Shown here: positions 27,719 to 38,140 of the stretch, piece after piece | Layout: every line of letters starts with the position of its first letter | Position numbering within the stretch: the stretch's first letter is position 1 | Source of the DNA: Spirochaetota bacterium | GTDB lineage: Bacteria > Spirochaetota > UBA4802 > UBA5550 | Assembly: GCA_963663865.1 (NCBI GenBank) | Contig: OY760686.1 | Span: forward strand, 768,001-832,000 | Direction: 5' to 3' | DNA: 64,000 nt | The notes under the pieces: generated by a model | Databases searched by the model: none | What the model was told of the DNA's origin: nothing | The model's input: only the letters and a program-made list of their open reading frames with translations | Program-made: the position numbers and the translations under genes

Positions 27719-29410
27719 TCAGGAAACCCGGTTTAACACGGCCACCAGTTCTGATGTGGTGAAGGGCTTCATAACAAGTTCTCTGATTCCGGAGTCCTTA
27801 ATTGTTTCCCGGGTAAGGTTCTCATTGAAACCTGTGCATAGTATTACGGGGATATCAGGGCGGAGTGACATAATCTTAGCGGCCAGATCGAGACCGTCCA
27901 TCTCGGGCATGGTCATATCAGTAATCACAATGTCGAAAGCGCTGATGTTACTTGTGAATGAATTCAGAGCTTCAGTGCTCGAAGTGAAAAACTCAACATC
28001 ATATCCAAGAATTTTAAGAAGCTGAGCGCTTGTCCTGGCGATCATTTCCTCGTCGTCGACAAGCATTATCCTTTTTGCGGTCATCCCAGGAAAACTCTCC
28101 ACCACTGGTTTTGCCGCCTCCCGGTCCGAGGCTAAAGGCAGATATATCTTAAAGGTCGTTCCTCTTTCCGGTTCGCTGTAGACATTTATTGAGCCCCCGT
28201 GTTTTTTTACGATGCCGTGGATTATTGAAAGCCCGAGACCGGTGCCCTTGCCGCGGGGTTTTGTTGTGAAAAAAGGCTCAAACATCCTCTCCTGAACATC
28301 CCTGCTGATTCCGGAACCGTCATCAGTCACATCAATCACGAAATGCCAGCCTTCGCTGAGTCCAGGGTGGGTTTTCAGGAAGTGAAGGTCGGCATAGATG
28401 TTAGCGCAGGAAATGTAGATATGACCCTTTCCTTCCGGCATGGAGTGATATGAGTTTGTGCAGAGATTAAGCATAACCTGACTTATCTGAGTCGTATCCG
28501 CAAGAACAGTTCCTGAGTCGGCTTTTATATCAGTGACAATATCAACAGACGCCGGTATTGCTGACCTGACCAGTTTTACCGTATCAAGAAAATGGGGGAT
28601 AATATCGACCGGTTCGAGGTTATCCGCGCTGCTGTGACTGATGCTTAGAAGCTGAGTTACAATATCCCTTGCCCTGAAAGAAGCCCCCAATATTTGTTTC
28701 AGGCTGTCCCCGATTTCTGGATCAAGGTCATTGCTTTTAAGGCTTAACTCTGTAAGCGAGATTATCGCAGCCAGAATATTGTTAAAGTCATGGGCAATGC
28801 CCCCCGCGAGAGCGCCTATTGCTTCCATTTTCTGGGCATGATTCATTCTGCTTCTAAACTCTTCCTTCTCCGCTTCGGCAATTCTGGATTCGGTGATGTC
28901 TCGGAAGATGCCAAGAATGTATTCTCTGCCGTCGATCTCAATTTGCGATCCGCTTGCTTCTGTAAAAACCGGGTCAAGATTATCACGCTCAATCATGATC
29001 TCAAGGTTTTCGAAGCTTTTACCGTTGAGGCTGGAAATAAGCTTTTCAATGCTATGAGCCAGCTCCGGCGCTGTCTCCTGTTTGGCAGTGTTCTCAATGC
29101 CCTTTTTTGAGTCTAATCCGAGTATTTTAAGCATTGCGGGATTGCAGAGCTTTACATCCATCCTGCGGGGCTCAACAAGCAGAATGCCGTCGCTGGCATG
29201 ACGGTGTATCGCTCGGTATACATTTGCTGTTTCTTCCTCCGCTCGTTTCGCTCTGTCCAGCTCGGCAGTTGTAATCCGGAGTTTTGATATTTCACTCATA
29301 AGCTGAGGATAGTAGTTTTTACGTATTGAGTTTTCACCGAGGCCGATAATTTTTTCCCTGAGGCTGCCATTTTCCTCAGACTCAGCGGGCTTATCAAAGT
29401 GATTCTTCAT
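27719..29410 (-). CDS. Hybrid PAS histidine kinase/receiver, ErcS-like N-terminus
   Basis: IIGLGENSIRKNYYPQL N-terminal motif; PAS; AHDFNN H-box; FEPFFTTK; GTGLGL; receiver ITDMTMP. Confidence 0.88.
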   Translation of the reverse strand: MKNHFDKPAESEENGSLREKIIGLGENSIRKNYYPQLMSEISKLRITTAELDRAKRAEEETANVYRAIHRHASDGILLVEPRRMDVKLCNPAMLKILGLDSKKGIENTAKQETAPELAHSIEKLISSLNGKSFENLEIMIERDNLDPVFTEASGSQIEIDGREYILGIFRDITESRIAEAEKEEFRSRMNHAQKMEAIGALAGGIAHDFNNILAAIISLTELSLKSNDLDPEIGDSLKQILGASFRARDIVTQLLSISHSSADNLEPVDIIPHFLDTVKLVRSAIPASVDIVTDIKADSGTVLADTTQISQVMLNLCTNSYHSMPEGKGHIYISCANIYADLHFLKTHPGLSEGWHFVIDVTDDGSGISRDVQERMFEPFFTTKPRGKGTGLGLSIIHGIVKKHGGSINVYSEPERGTTFKIYLPLASDREAAKPVVESFPGMTAKRIMLVDDEEMIARTSAQLLKILGYDVEFFTSSTEALNSFTSNISAFDIVITDMTMPEMDGLDLAAKIMSLRPDIPVILCTGFNENLTRETIKDSGIRELVMKPFTTSELVAVLNRVS

Positions 29411-30557
29411 ACAGTCTTTCGATGTCCTTTCGAGACGCCGCTCTGGGATTGGTAACGGCGCAGGTATCCTGGGCCGCGTAATCGGCGAGAGACGGGATGT
29501 CTTCTGGTTTCACTCCAAGGTCGTTGAGCCTTGAGTAAATTCCGGAATTCTTTCTGAAGATTGACAGGCCTTCAGCCAGGGCTTCTTTTCTTTCTTCTTT
29601 CTTGAGCTTAAGTAAGGCGAGCCCCATGGCCTCTCCCAGTTGAGTATATTTTTCACTCTCTGAATCGAAGTTGAAGTTTACCACGTTTTCAAGAAGCAGA
29701 GCGTTGCATTCCCCGTGTGGAGAACCGTAAAATCCGCCGAGGCTGTGCGCCATTGCGTGAACGAGGCCGAGGCTGGCATTTGAGAAGGCGAGCCCCGCAA
29801 GAAGCGAGCCCAGCATCATCTTTTCCCGCGAGGCCATGTCATGTGGGTTCTCGACAGCCCTGCGGAGGTTTCGGCTTATCAGCTTTACTGCCTCAAGAGC
29901 GTTGAGGTCTGTTACGGGCGAGCTCGCGTTTGAAACGTATGACTCGAATGCATGAACCAGCGCGTCCATTCCAGTCTCTGCAGTAAGCTTGCTGTCCATG
30001 GTTGAGGTCGCTGACGGATCAATTAGAGAAACATCTGGTACAACACTTTTTGAAATAATAGCGAATTTGATTCTGCGTTCAGTGTCGCCAATGATTGCGA
30101 ACTGTGAAATATCTGCCGCTGTCCCGGCGGTCGTCGGAACGCAAATAAGCGGCGGACCCGGCAGTGGTACCATGTCAACTCCGGAGTAATCCGCGATTAA
30201 CCCGCCGTTTGCGGTAATAATGGCTATGCCCTTTGCGCAGTCCATGGGGCTGCCTCCGCCAACAGCAACGATAATATCACAGCTTTCGGACAGGCAGTAT
30301 TCCGCGCCTTTCATGACCTCATGATCCTTTGGATTTGGGGTTACATCGCTGAAAACGGTGCATGTTACTCCCGTGTCACCAAGGACTTTTTTGACGGAAT
30401 CTGTCCAGCCTGCTTCAATGACGCCCTCATCCGAGACGATGAGGGCCCTGCTGCCTCCCAGATTGGAGGCATATTGTCCGGCCAGGTCAATTGCTCCGGC
30501 CCCGAATAAAAATTCCGGAGCTACAAATTTTCTTAGAGGCATTGAAATTTCTGTCAC
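29394..30557 (-). CDS. ercA: Iron-containing alcohol dehydrogenase-like protein, ErcA-type
   Basis: LRKFVAPEFLFG N-terminus, GGGSPMD, PTTAGT, DALVHAFE, HAMAHSLGG...HGECNA; overlaps the kinase gene. Confidence 0.75.
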   Translation of the reverse strand: MTEISMPLRKFVAPEFLFGAGAIDLAGQYASNLGGSRALIVSDEGVIEAGWTDSVKKVLGDTGVTCTVFSDVTPNPKDHEVMKGAEYCLSESCDIIVAVGGGSPMDCAKGIAIITANGGLIADYSGVDMVPLPGPPLICVPTTAGTAADISQFAIIGDTERRIKFAIISKSVVPDVSLIDPSATSTMDSKLTAETGMDALVHAFESYVSNASSPVTDLNALEAVKLISRNLRRAVENPHDMASREKMMLGSLLAGLAFSNASLGLVHAMAHSLGGFYGSPHGECNALLLENVVNFNFDSESEKYTQLGEAMGLALLKLKKEERKEALAEGLSIFRKNSGIYSRLNDLGVKPEDIPSLADYAAQDTCAVTNPRAASRKDIERLYEESL

Positions 30558-30847
30558 TTTATCCTTCCGAATCAGTGATTATTTGCCGCTTCCAGACAGC
30601 GTAACTTTTAAAAGCCAGCTCGCAGAAAATGGCCTGTGCCGAATTTCTGCAAATTATCATCTGATTGTATATCATTTATGAAAAACAATCAACAGCAAAA
30701 GGCAGAGTGCAGGAAAAAATGAATTAATATGCCAAATAATATTGACACTATTTGCCCTCCGGCGACGATATGCTCGTGCGTGCTCTATTTCAGTTGCAGC
30801 AGTGCGCATACAGGATTTTGCAGGAAATAACAATGGAGTAATATTAA

Positions 30848-31354
30848 ATGAAAACAGTAGAACGAACCAGAAAATTCGAGACGCTGATTGAAATACTGGA
30901 CCGTAACGGGAACAATCCGGCAAGGCTTATCCCGATACTTCAGGAAACTCAGGAAGTGTACAGGTATCTCCCTGAAGAGGTAATGGCCTTTGTAGCGACT
31001 TCACTCGGAATACCGCCGGCAAAGGTTTATGGAGTGGCGACTTTTTACTCGCACTTCTCTCTGACACCCAAAGGGAAGTACGTGATCAGGATATGTGACG
31101 GAACGGCCTGTCATGTAAAACGCTCGACCGCTATCCTCAATACTCTCAGGAACAAGCTGAAGCTGTCTTCCGCGAAGGAAACAACGGATGATATGCTTTT
31201 TACGATTGAGATGGTTTCATGCCTTGGGGCATGCGGCCTTGCTCCGGTTGTTGTAATCAACGAAGACGTCTATGGACAGGTTACACCGGACAAGATTAGC
31301 AAGATCGTTGATGAAATAATAGCGAAGGAGAAAGGTGAAGATGTCAAACACTGA
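30848..31354 (+). CDS. hydC: Bifurcating [FeFe]-hydrogenase gamma subunit (NuoE-like)
   Basis: VYGVATFY; CDGTAC...CLGAC 2Fe-2S motif. Confidence 0.9.
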   Translation: MKTVERTRKFETLIEILDRNGNNPARLIPILQETQEVYRYLPEEVMAFVATSLGIPPAKVYGVATFYSHFSLTPKGKYVIRICDGTACHVKRSTAILNTLRNKLKLSSAKETTDDMLFTIEMVSCLGACGLAPVVVINEDVYGQVTPDKISKIVDEIIAKEKGEDVKH

Positions 31355-33251
31355 TATATTGGATCTCAAGAAGACCAGGGCTGATTTTGAATCACGCCTT
31401 AAACAAAAGGATAAAAGGGTCATTATCTGTGCCGGAACCGCCTGTGTGGCGAACGGCGCATTGAAGGTCAGACAGGCCTTTCTTGACGCTGCTGCGGCAA
31501 GAGGAATAAAAATCGACGTTGAGCTGAGAAGCGATGACGATAAGGGAGGCGTTTACCTGTCAAAGAGCGGCTGCCAGGGATTCTGCCAGATGGGCCCCCT
31601 CGTAACAATAGAGCCGGATAACATCCTCTATACAAGGGTAAAGCCGGAGGATGTCGAGGACGTCATTGATAAGACCCTTGTTAACCACGAGCTCGTCGAC
31701 AGGCTGCTCTATGTTAACCCGGCCACTGGCGAGAAGTGCAAAAACACGGATGAGATAGAGTTTTACAAAAAGCAGCACAGGTTTGTGCTTAAGAATTGCG
31801 GTGTAGTCGATCCGGATGATATTACTGAGTATATCTCAAGAGATGGCTACTCAGCGCTGAAAAAAGCGACTGAGATGACTGACGAGGCAATCTGCCAGGA
31901 AATCCTGAAATCCGGACTTAGAGGACGAGGCGGCGGAGGCTTTCCGACCGGAAAAAAATGGGACTTTACCCGGGTTGAGAAGAATGACAAGAAGTATGTA
32001 ATATGTAATGGAGACGAGGGTGACCCGGGCGCGTTCATGGACAGAAGCGTTATGGAGGGCAATCCCCACTGCGTAATCGAAGGAATGGCAATTGCCGCTC
32101 TGGCTATCGGTGCCGATGAAGGCTTTGTTTATGTCAGGGCCGAGTATCCGCTGGCGGTAGAGAGAATGAAAAAGGCTGTCGCGGAAGCCACCCGGGACGG
32201 AGTGATCGGCGACAGCGTAATGGGCTCATCAAAGAGATTTAAACTTACCGTAATGGAAGGTGCCGGTGCGTTCGTGTGCGGCGAGGAAACCGCGCTCATG
32301 ACATCCATTCAGGGCAACAGAGGTATGCCCCGCCCGAAGCCGCCATTTCCGGCACAGAAGGGACTCTGGGACAAGCCGACAGTTATCAATAATGTTGAGA
32401 CCTTCGCGGCAGTTCCGCTGATCATGTGCATGGGTGCAGATGAATACCGTAAAATGGGTACTGAGGGCTCCCCTGGAACCAAGACATTCGCCATTACCGG
32501 GCAGGTCGCTAATACGGGACTTATTGAGGTTCCCTTCGGAACAACGCTCCGAGAGATTATCTTTGGTATTGCCGGCGGTGTAACCGGAGATGACGGATCA
32601 ATCGACGAAAAGAATTTCAAGGCTGTGCAGATTGGAGGCCCGTCCGGGGCATGTCTGACTCCTGAACACCTCGATCTGCCTCTGGACTTTGACTCGCTGA
32701 AAACAGTTGGGGCAATGGTAGGTTCCGGCGGACTTGTAGTAATGAACCAGTCGACCTGCATGGTCAAGATTGCCGGATACTTTATGCAGTTTACACAGAA
32801 CGAGTCCTGCGGGAAATGTGTTCTATGCCGCGAGGGAACAAAGCAGATGCTTGCCCTTATGGATGATATAACCACAGGTAAAGCGGATGAAACTACTGTC
32901 CCGCTCATAAGGGAGCTTGCGCAGGCTGTTCAGCTTGGATCGCTATGTATGCTTGGCAAGACAGCTCCGAATCCGGTACTCTCTACAATGAGATATTTCC
33001 CTGAGGAATATGACGCGCATGTCAATGACCACAGGTGCCCGGCAGGTGAATGCACCGAGCTGATCTCGCTGAAGATTGTTCCGGAGCTTTGCAAAGGCTG
33101 TACTCTCTGTGCAAAAGTCTGCCCGGCCGGAGCAATTACAGGGACTGTTAAACAGCCGCATGTCATTGACCAGAGCCTGTGCGTCAAATGCGGAGTGTGC
33201 ATTGAAAAATGCAAATTCAAGGCGATCGTAAAGGAAGGAGCTGCTTCATGA
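31341..33251 (+). CDS. hydB: Bifurcating [FeFe]-hydrogenase beta subunit (NuoF-like)
   Basis: N-terminal 2Fe-2S domain, GLRGRGGGGFP, NGDEGDPGAFMDR, GAGAFVCGEETAL, ESCGKC, two C-terminal 4Fe-4S motifs. Confidence 0.93.
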   Translation: MSNTDILDLKKTRADFESRLKQKDKRVIICAGTACVANGALKVRQAFLDAAAARGIKIDVELRSDDDKGGVYLSKSGCQGFCQMGPLVTIEPDNILYTRVKPEDVEDVIDKTLVNHELVDRLLYVNPATGEKCKNTDEIEFYKKQHRFVLKNCGVVDPDDITEYISRDGYSALKKATEMTDEAICQEILKSGLRGRGGGGFPTGKKWDFTRVEKNDKKYVICNGDEGDPGAFMDRSVMEGNPHCVIEGMAIAALAIGADEGFVYVRAEYPLAVERMKKAVAEATRDGVIGDSVMGSSKRFKLTVMEGAGAFVCGEETALMTSIQGNRGMPRPKPPFPAQKGLWDKPTVINNVETFAAVPLIMCMGADEYRKMGTEGSPGTKTFAITGQVANTGLIEVPFGTTLREIIFGIAGGVTGDDGSIDEKNFKAVQIGGPSGACLTPEHLDLPLDFDSLKTVGAMVGSGGLVVMNQSTCMVKIAGYFMQFTQNESCGKCVLCREGTKQMLALMDDITTGKADETTVPLIRELAQAVQLGSLCMLGKTAPNPVLSTMRYFPEEYDAHVNDHRCPAGECTELISLKIVPELCKGCTLCAKVCPAGAITGTVKQPHVIDQSLCVKCGVCIEKCKFKAIVKEGAAS

Positions 33252-35251
33252 AAACAATAAACCTTATTATAGATAACAAACAGGTCCAGGTGGGCCGCGA
33301 AAAAAACCTGCTTGAGGTTATCAGGAAGGCCGGGATTGAACTTCCGACTTTCTGTTATCACTCTGAGCTTAGCGTCTACGGGGCTTGCCGCCTCTGTATG
33401 GTGGATATTGAAGGCAGGGGGCTACAGCCTGCCTGTTCAACCGCTCCGGAAGACGGGATGAAGGTGAAGACCGTTACTCCTCAGATAAGGAGCATGAGAA
33501 AGGTGATCGTTGAGCTTCTGCTGGCAAACGGCGGGCACGACTGTACAACATGCGGAAAGAGCGGGGCATGCCAGCTTCAGAGTCTTGCTCACCGTATAGG
33601 CGTACGTGATGTAAGGTTCAAAAAAATACAACCTCCATCTCCTCAGATAGATGAATCTACCTACTCAATAGTCCGTGACCCTTCCAAGTGCGTACTCTGC
33701 GGAGACTGTGTCAGAATGTGCGATGAGGTTCAGGGCGTCGGCGCTATTGACTTTGCATACAGGGGAAGCCGTACTGAGGTATTGCCCTCTTTCGGTAAGG
33801 ACCTGGAAAAGGCCGAATGTGTTTACTGCGGACAGTGCGTCAGGGTTTGTCCCACAGGCGCTCTGACTGTTAAATCTGAGACTGAAAAGGTGTGGGATGA
33901 TCTCGCGAATCCCGAAAAGAAAGTCGTAGTTCAGATAGCTCCTGCTGTGAGGGTCGCTCTCGGCGAGGAGTTCGGCATGAAGCCAGGGGTTTCTACAACA
34001 GGCCAAATGGTCGCGGCAATCAAGGCGCTCGGTTTTGATGAAGTGTATGATACTTCCTTCTCGGCTGACCTTACCGTAATTGAGGAAGGCAATGAGTTTC
34101 TCAAACGATACACATCCGGCGGAAATTTCCCGATGTTCACTTCCTGCTGCCCTGCGTGGGTAAAGTTCGCGGAGCAGTATTATCCGGAGTACACGGGCAA
34201 TCTTTCGACATGCAGGTCGCCTCAGCAGATGATGGGATCGCTCCTGAAAGAGAGTGTGCCTGAAAAGTCAGGCAAGAAGAGACAGGATGTTGTTGTTGTA
34301 TCAATTATGCCCTGTACAGCCAAGAAGTTTGAGGCGAAGAGAGAAGAGTTTTACGCGGATGGAAATCCCGATGTCGACCATGTTCTGACAACGATTGAGC
34401 TTGCGAGAATGATAAAGGAAGCCGGGATCAACTTTAATTCAATTGAGCCTGAATCATTCGACATGCCGTTCGGCTTCAAGACAGGGGCCGGTGTTATCTT
34501 CGGGGTTACCGGCGGTGTTACCGAAGCTGTTCTGAGATACGCGGTGGAAAAGCTCACCGGCAAGGTTGAGGTTAACTTTGAATATATGGATGTTCGCGGT
34601 GAAGAAGGAATAAAGGAAACAAGCATCACTGTTAATGATATCACTCTGAGACTTGCCGTGGTTCATGGACTGAGAAACGCCGAAAAAGTTATTGATATGG
34701 TACAGAACGGGACAGCTAAATATGACCTTATTGAGGTTATGTCCTGCCCGGGCGGATGTATCGGAGGCGGCGGCCAGCCCTGCACACCCGGAGCGGATGT
34801 CAGAAAGAAGAGAACTGCCGGAATATATGAAAACGACAGGATGCTTCAACTTCACAAGTCCCAGGAGAACCCTTACATCAAGGAGCTCTACGAGACAGGT
34901 ATTCTGAAGGATGAGCACTTTGCGCATGAGAAACTGCATACAAGTTACCACTCAAGAAAGCGTCTTGAAACGGAAGGAATAACTATTTCAGGAGCAGGCG
35001 CCCCTGAGCTGAGTATTGAAATCTGTTTTGGAACAGGATGCTATCTGCGGGGTTCTCAGGAACTCATGAAGCAGGTCGTGGAAGGACTTGAGGCAGACGG
35101 AATAAAAGACAGAGTAGATGTTAAAGCCGCCTTCTGTTTTGAACAGTGCGATAAGGGCCCAACTGTCAAGGTCGGGGACGAGATAATAACCGCCGCTGAC
35201 GTGACAAAGGTTCTTAAGAAGGTGACTGAGAAAATGGCTGTTAAAGCTTAA
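33248..35251 (+). CDS. hydA: [FeFe]-hydrogenase catalytic subunit (group A3) with C-terminal thioredoxin-like 2Fe-2S domain
   Basis: H-cluster motifs FTSCCPAW, MPCTAKKFE, EVMSCPGGCIGGGGQP; CFGTGC...CFEQC tail; ATG overlaps the hydB stop. Confidence 0.95.
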   Translation: MKTINLIIDNKQVQVGREKNLLEVIRKAGIELPTFCYHSELSVYGACRLCMVDIEGRGLQPACSTAPEDGMKVKTVTPQIRSMRKVIVELLLANGGHDCTTCGKSGACQLQSLAHRIGVRDVRFKKIQPPSPQIDESTYSIVRDPSKCVLCGDCVRMCDEVQGVGAIDFAYRGSRTEVLPSFGKDLEKAECVYCGQCVRVCPTGALTVKSETEKVWDDLANPEKKVVVQIAPAVRVALGEEFGMKPGVSTTGQMVAAIKALGFDEVYDTSFSADLTVIEEGNEFLKRYTSGGNFPMFTSCCPAWVKFAEQYYPEYTGNLSTCRSPQQMMGSLLKESVPEKSGKKRQDVVVVSIMPCTAKKFEAKREEFYADGNPDVDHVLTTIELARMIKEAGINFNSIEPESFDMPFGFKTGAGVIFGVTGGVTEAVLRYAVEKLTGKVEVNFEYMDVRGEEGIKETSITVNDITLRLAVVHGLRNAEKVIDMVQNGTAKYDLIEVMSCPGGCIGGGGQPCTPGADVRKKRTAGIYENDRMLQLHKSQENPYIKELYETGILKDEHFAHEKLHTSYHSRKRLETEGITISGAGAPELSIEICFGTGCYLRGSQELMKQVVEGLEADGIKDRVDVKAAFCFEQCDKGPTVKVGDEIITAADVTKVLKKVTEKMAVKA

Positions 35252-35268
35252 ATAAACAGGGGGCCACA

Positions 35269-36981
35269 ATGAGCGTGCCTAAGGAAACCCGTATTGTCTA
35301 TACTCTCGAAGCCAAGTGCAGAGACTGTTACAGATGCGTGCGGGTTTGCCCGGTCAAAGCCATCAGTATGAAGAACGGGCAGGCAAAGGTAGAACCGTCC
35401 AGGTGTATATCCTGCGGCACCTGCGTCCGTGAATGCCCCCAGAACGCGAAGGTCTTCCGGGACGATACGGATGTCGTAATTGATCTCCTCAACTCTGGAG
35501 TGACGGCAGTGGCGGGCGTTGCCCCGTCATTTGCCGGCTACTTCGAGCCATGGGAAAGGCAGCGCTTTGTTTCCGCGCTGAGAATGGCCGGCTTTTCCCG
35601 TGTTGAGGAGACTGCTTCCGCGGCCTATGCCGTAAGCGCGGCCGCGAGAAAAAACTTTGAAGCAGACCCCGATTCAAGCCATATATGCACCGCCTGCCCC
35701 GCATCAGTTCTTTATGCCGAGAAGTATCATGAGAAAGCCAGCTCGTTTTTAGGTATTGAACCATCGCCGATGATTGAACATTCGGCGCGGATAAGGAAGA
35801 GAGCTGACGGAGCAGAGGCATTTGTTTTCTTCGGTCCCTGTATCGCAAAAAAAGCCGAGGCAGACAGGCCGGAATACGAGGGCCTTGTTGAGGCTGCTTT
35901 GACTTTCATTGAGGCAGAGAGGCTCCTTGAAAAGCTTGGTATCGACCTGAAGCGCTGTGAGGAGAGCTATTTTGATACACCATGCTTTGGCGAGAGCAGA
36001 CTGTATCCGGTAGCCGGCGGTCTTGTCAGGACGGCATACAACGGTGAAATACCCTCAACAGCATTGATGGCAGAGGGGCCATGCATGACCGCTGCCTCAT
36101 TTGACATAGCGGAAGAAAGGCCGTATCTTGTTGAGACGCTCTTCTGCGAGGGAGGCTGTCTCAATGGTCCGGGCATGGGCCGCGAAATAAATTACTTTGA
36201 ACGGCGTGCGCGCCTTCTAAAGTATATTCAGGATAATCCTGCTGAGGAACCCGGCGAATCGGATTCGGGTATTACTATAAGCGCAAGATTCAAATACACA
36301 GGGCTGCCGTTTGCCCGAAAGTATACGGCTGATGAGATTGCCGCTGTCTGGGCAAACACGGGAAAGGCCTCGCCGGAGCAGCGGCTTGACTGCGGCATGT
36401 GCGGGTATGACGACTGTACCGCCAAGGCGGCCGCGGTACTCGATGGTATGGCCGAACCGGAGATGTGCGTGCCGTTCATGAGAAGACTTGCCGAGCAGCG
36501 CGGCGACAAGATAATCGAGACAAGCCCAAACGGGATAGTGATTGTCGACAATGAGCTGAAAATAATCAAGATGAACCGGGCCTTTGAGAAGCTCTTCGGA
36601 AGCGCCGGATACCCTGGTAGACACATCGGGGATCTGATGGATCCGGTGCCCTTTGAGAGCATAGCGATTGGGACCTCCGACAGTATGGAGTTTACCGCCA
36701 CGCATCCAGAGAGAAGGCTGACCTGCCACGAGATGTACTATGCCCTTAGAGAAGACGGGCAGTTCGTAGGTATATTTGTGGACGTTACCCGTTTTATCGA
36801 TAACGACCGTGAGCTCGACAGAATTAAAAAGGAGACCTTTGAAAAGGCGAAGCAGCTGCTTGAGCATCAGGTCCAGGCGGCGCAGGATATGGCCTTATTC
36901 CTGGGCGAGAACACCGCAAAAACAGAGGAGCTTCTTTCCAGGCTGATGAAGATTGCCGGCGGTGGAAATGAAAAAGGCTGA
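35269..36981 (+). CDS. hydS: Sensory group C [FeFe]-hydrogenase with PAS domain (HydS/HfsB-like)
   Basis: Two 4Fe-4S motifs; variant H-cluster motifs TACPA, GPCIAKKAE, CEGGCLNGP; CGMCGYDDC; PAS. Confidence 0.88.
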   Translation: MSVPKETRIVYTLEAKCRDCYRCVRVCPVKAISMKNGQAKVEPSRCISCGTCVRECPQNAKVFRDDTDVVIDLLNSGVTAVAGVAPSFAGYFEPWERQRFVSALRMAGFSRVEETASAAYAVSAAARKNFEADPDSSHICTACPASVLYAEKYHEKASSFLGIEPSPMIEHSARIRKRADGAEAFVFFGPCIAKKAEADRPEYEGLVEAALTFIEAERLLEKLGIDLKRCEESYFDTPCFGESRLYPVAGGLVRTAYNGEIPSTALMAEGPCMTAASFDIAEERPYLVETLFCEGGCLNGPGMGREINYFERRARLLKYIQDNPAEEPGESDSGITISARFKYTGLPFARKYTADEIAAVWANTGKASPEQRLDCGMCGYDDCTAKAAAVLDGMAEPEMCVPFMRRLAEQRGDKIIETSPNGIVIVDNELKIIKMNRAFEKLFGSAGYPGRHIGDLMDPVPFESIAIGTSDSMEFTATHPERRLTCHEMYYALREDGQFVGIFVDVTRFIDNDRELDRIKKETFEKAKQLLEHQVQAAQDMALFLGENTAKTEELLSRLMKIAGGGNEKG

Positions 36982-38140
36982 AATAACGACGGGCTATCTC
37001 TACGCGGACTTTACTGCCCTGTCGCGTCCAAAAATCAACAAGAACGCGTGCGGCGATTATTTTGGCTTTCACCGGGATGAGTCCGGCCTGGTCGCGGTTG
37101 TTACTGACGGACTTGGTTCGGGGATAAGGGCTTCTGTCGCGTCACGTTTCGCGTGCAGCCAGATCATTACTCTCATGGAACGGGGCTATTCGCTCCGTTC
37201 GGCGGCGGCTTCAGCCGCCAAGCTGATGCACAGGGCAAAAAATACCAACGTCAGCAACTATGCCGCGTTCACCGCGGCGCGAGTTCTTGCCAATGGCGTT
37301 GCGGCTGTAATAACCTATGAAGCTCCGGCTCCGGTCATAATAAAGTCCGGCACAGCCTCAGTAAGCGAGAGAAGATTTTACACTGCTTCAGGCGAAGTAC
37401 TCGGAGAGTCCAGGTTCACATTAAAGCAGGGCGATTCCCTGATGATAATGAGCGATGGCGTCTCTCAGGCCGGTATCGGGCACGGATATGCAAGGGGATG
37501 GGGCTCTGAAGGCGTAGCCGAGTTTGTAGGTCAGAAGATAAGCGCGGGGCTTTCTCATAGCCAGGTTCTTCAGTTGCTGATGGACAGGGCATCAGGCATA
37601 AGCGGCGGTTCTCTCGGGGATGATACCACCGCGGCATTTTTATCATGCCGGGCGGGAAGGGTAATGCATGTTATGACCGGGCCCCCCCTTGAGAAGAACA
37701 GTGATGATGATCTTGTGGAATCCTTCATGAACAAGCCGGGGGTTAAAGTCGTATGCGGTTCAACAACGGCCGATATAGTGTCGCGCTACACCGGGCGGCC
37801 TATTGAAAGGCAAAAGGTGTCGCCCGCCTTTTTCAGACCGCCAAAGTACTTCATGAAAGGTCTCGATCTTGTAACAGAAGGGGCAGTCGTTCTTAATCAG
37901 CTTTTTAACATAGTAGCGCTCACGGACATGGAACTCGACATGGAGTCATGTGTGTCGGAGCTTGCTGTCCTGATGCGGGTATGTGATATAATCCACTTTT
38001 ACGTTGGAGGAGCCGAGAACACCGGGCACAACGACATAGCCTTCGCTCAGATGGGTATTATCCCCCGTAAAAAGATCATCCCACTGCTTGCCGAGAGGCT
38101 GAGAGGGATGGGCAAGCTGGTGATATTGAACGAGTGGTAG
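36968..38140 (+). CDS. SpoIIE/PP2C Ser/Thr phosphatase (HfsC-like)
   Basis: CGDYF, TDGLGSG, MSDGV, GDDTT, TGPP; typical neighbour of hydS. Confidence 0.88.
   Translation: MKKAEITTGYLYADFTALSRPKINKNACGDYFGFHRDESGLVAVVTDGLGSGIRASVASRFACSQIITLMERGYSLRSAAASAAKLMHRAKNTNVSNYAAFTAARVLANGVAAVITYEAPAPVIIKSGTASVSERRFYTASGEVLGESRFTLKQGDSLMIMSDGVSQAGIGHGYARGWGSEGVAEFVGQKISAGLSHSQVLQLLMDRASGISGGSLGDDTTAAFLSCRAGRVMHVMTGPPLEKNSDDDLVESFMNKPGVKVVCGSTTADIVSRYTGRPIERQKVSPAFFRPPKYFMKGLDLVTEGAVVLNQLFNIVALTDMELDMESCVSELAVLMRVCDIIHFYVGGAENTGHNDIAFAQMGIIPRKKIIPLLAERLRGMGKLVILNEW

Noticed and set aside
30560-30847. Rex or sigma54 site between ercA and hydC
   Set aside because: Only weak partial matches (TTATGAAAAACAATCAAC; minus-strand TGGCAT lacking TTGC).
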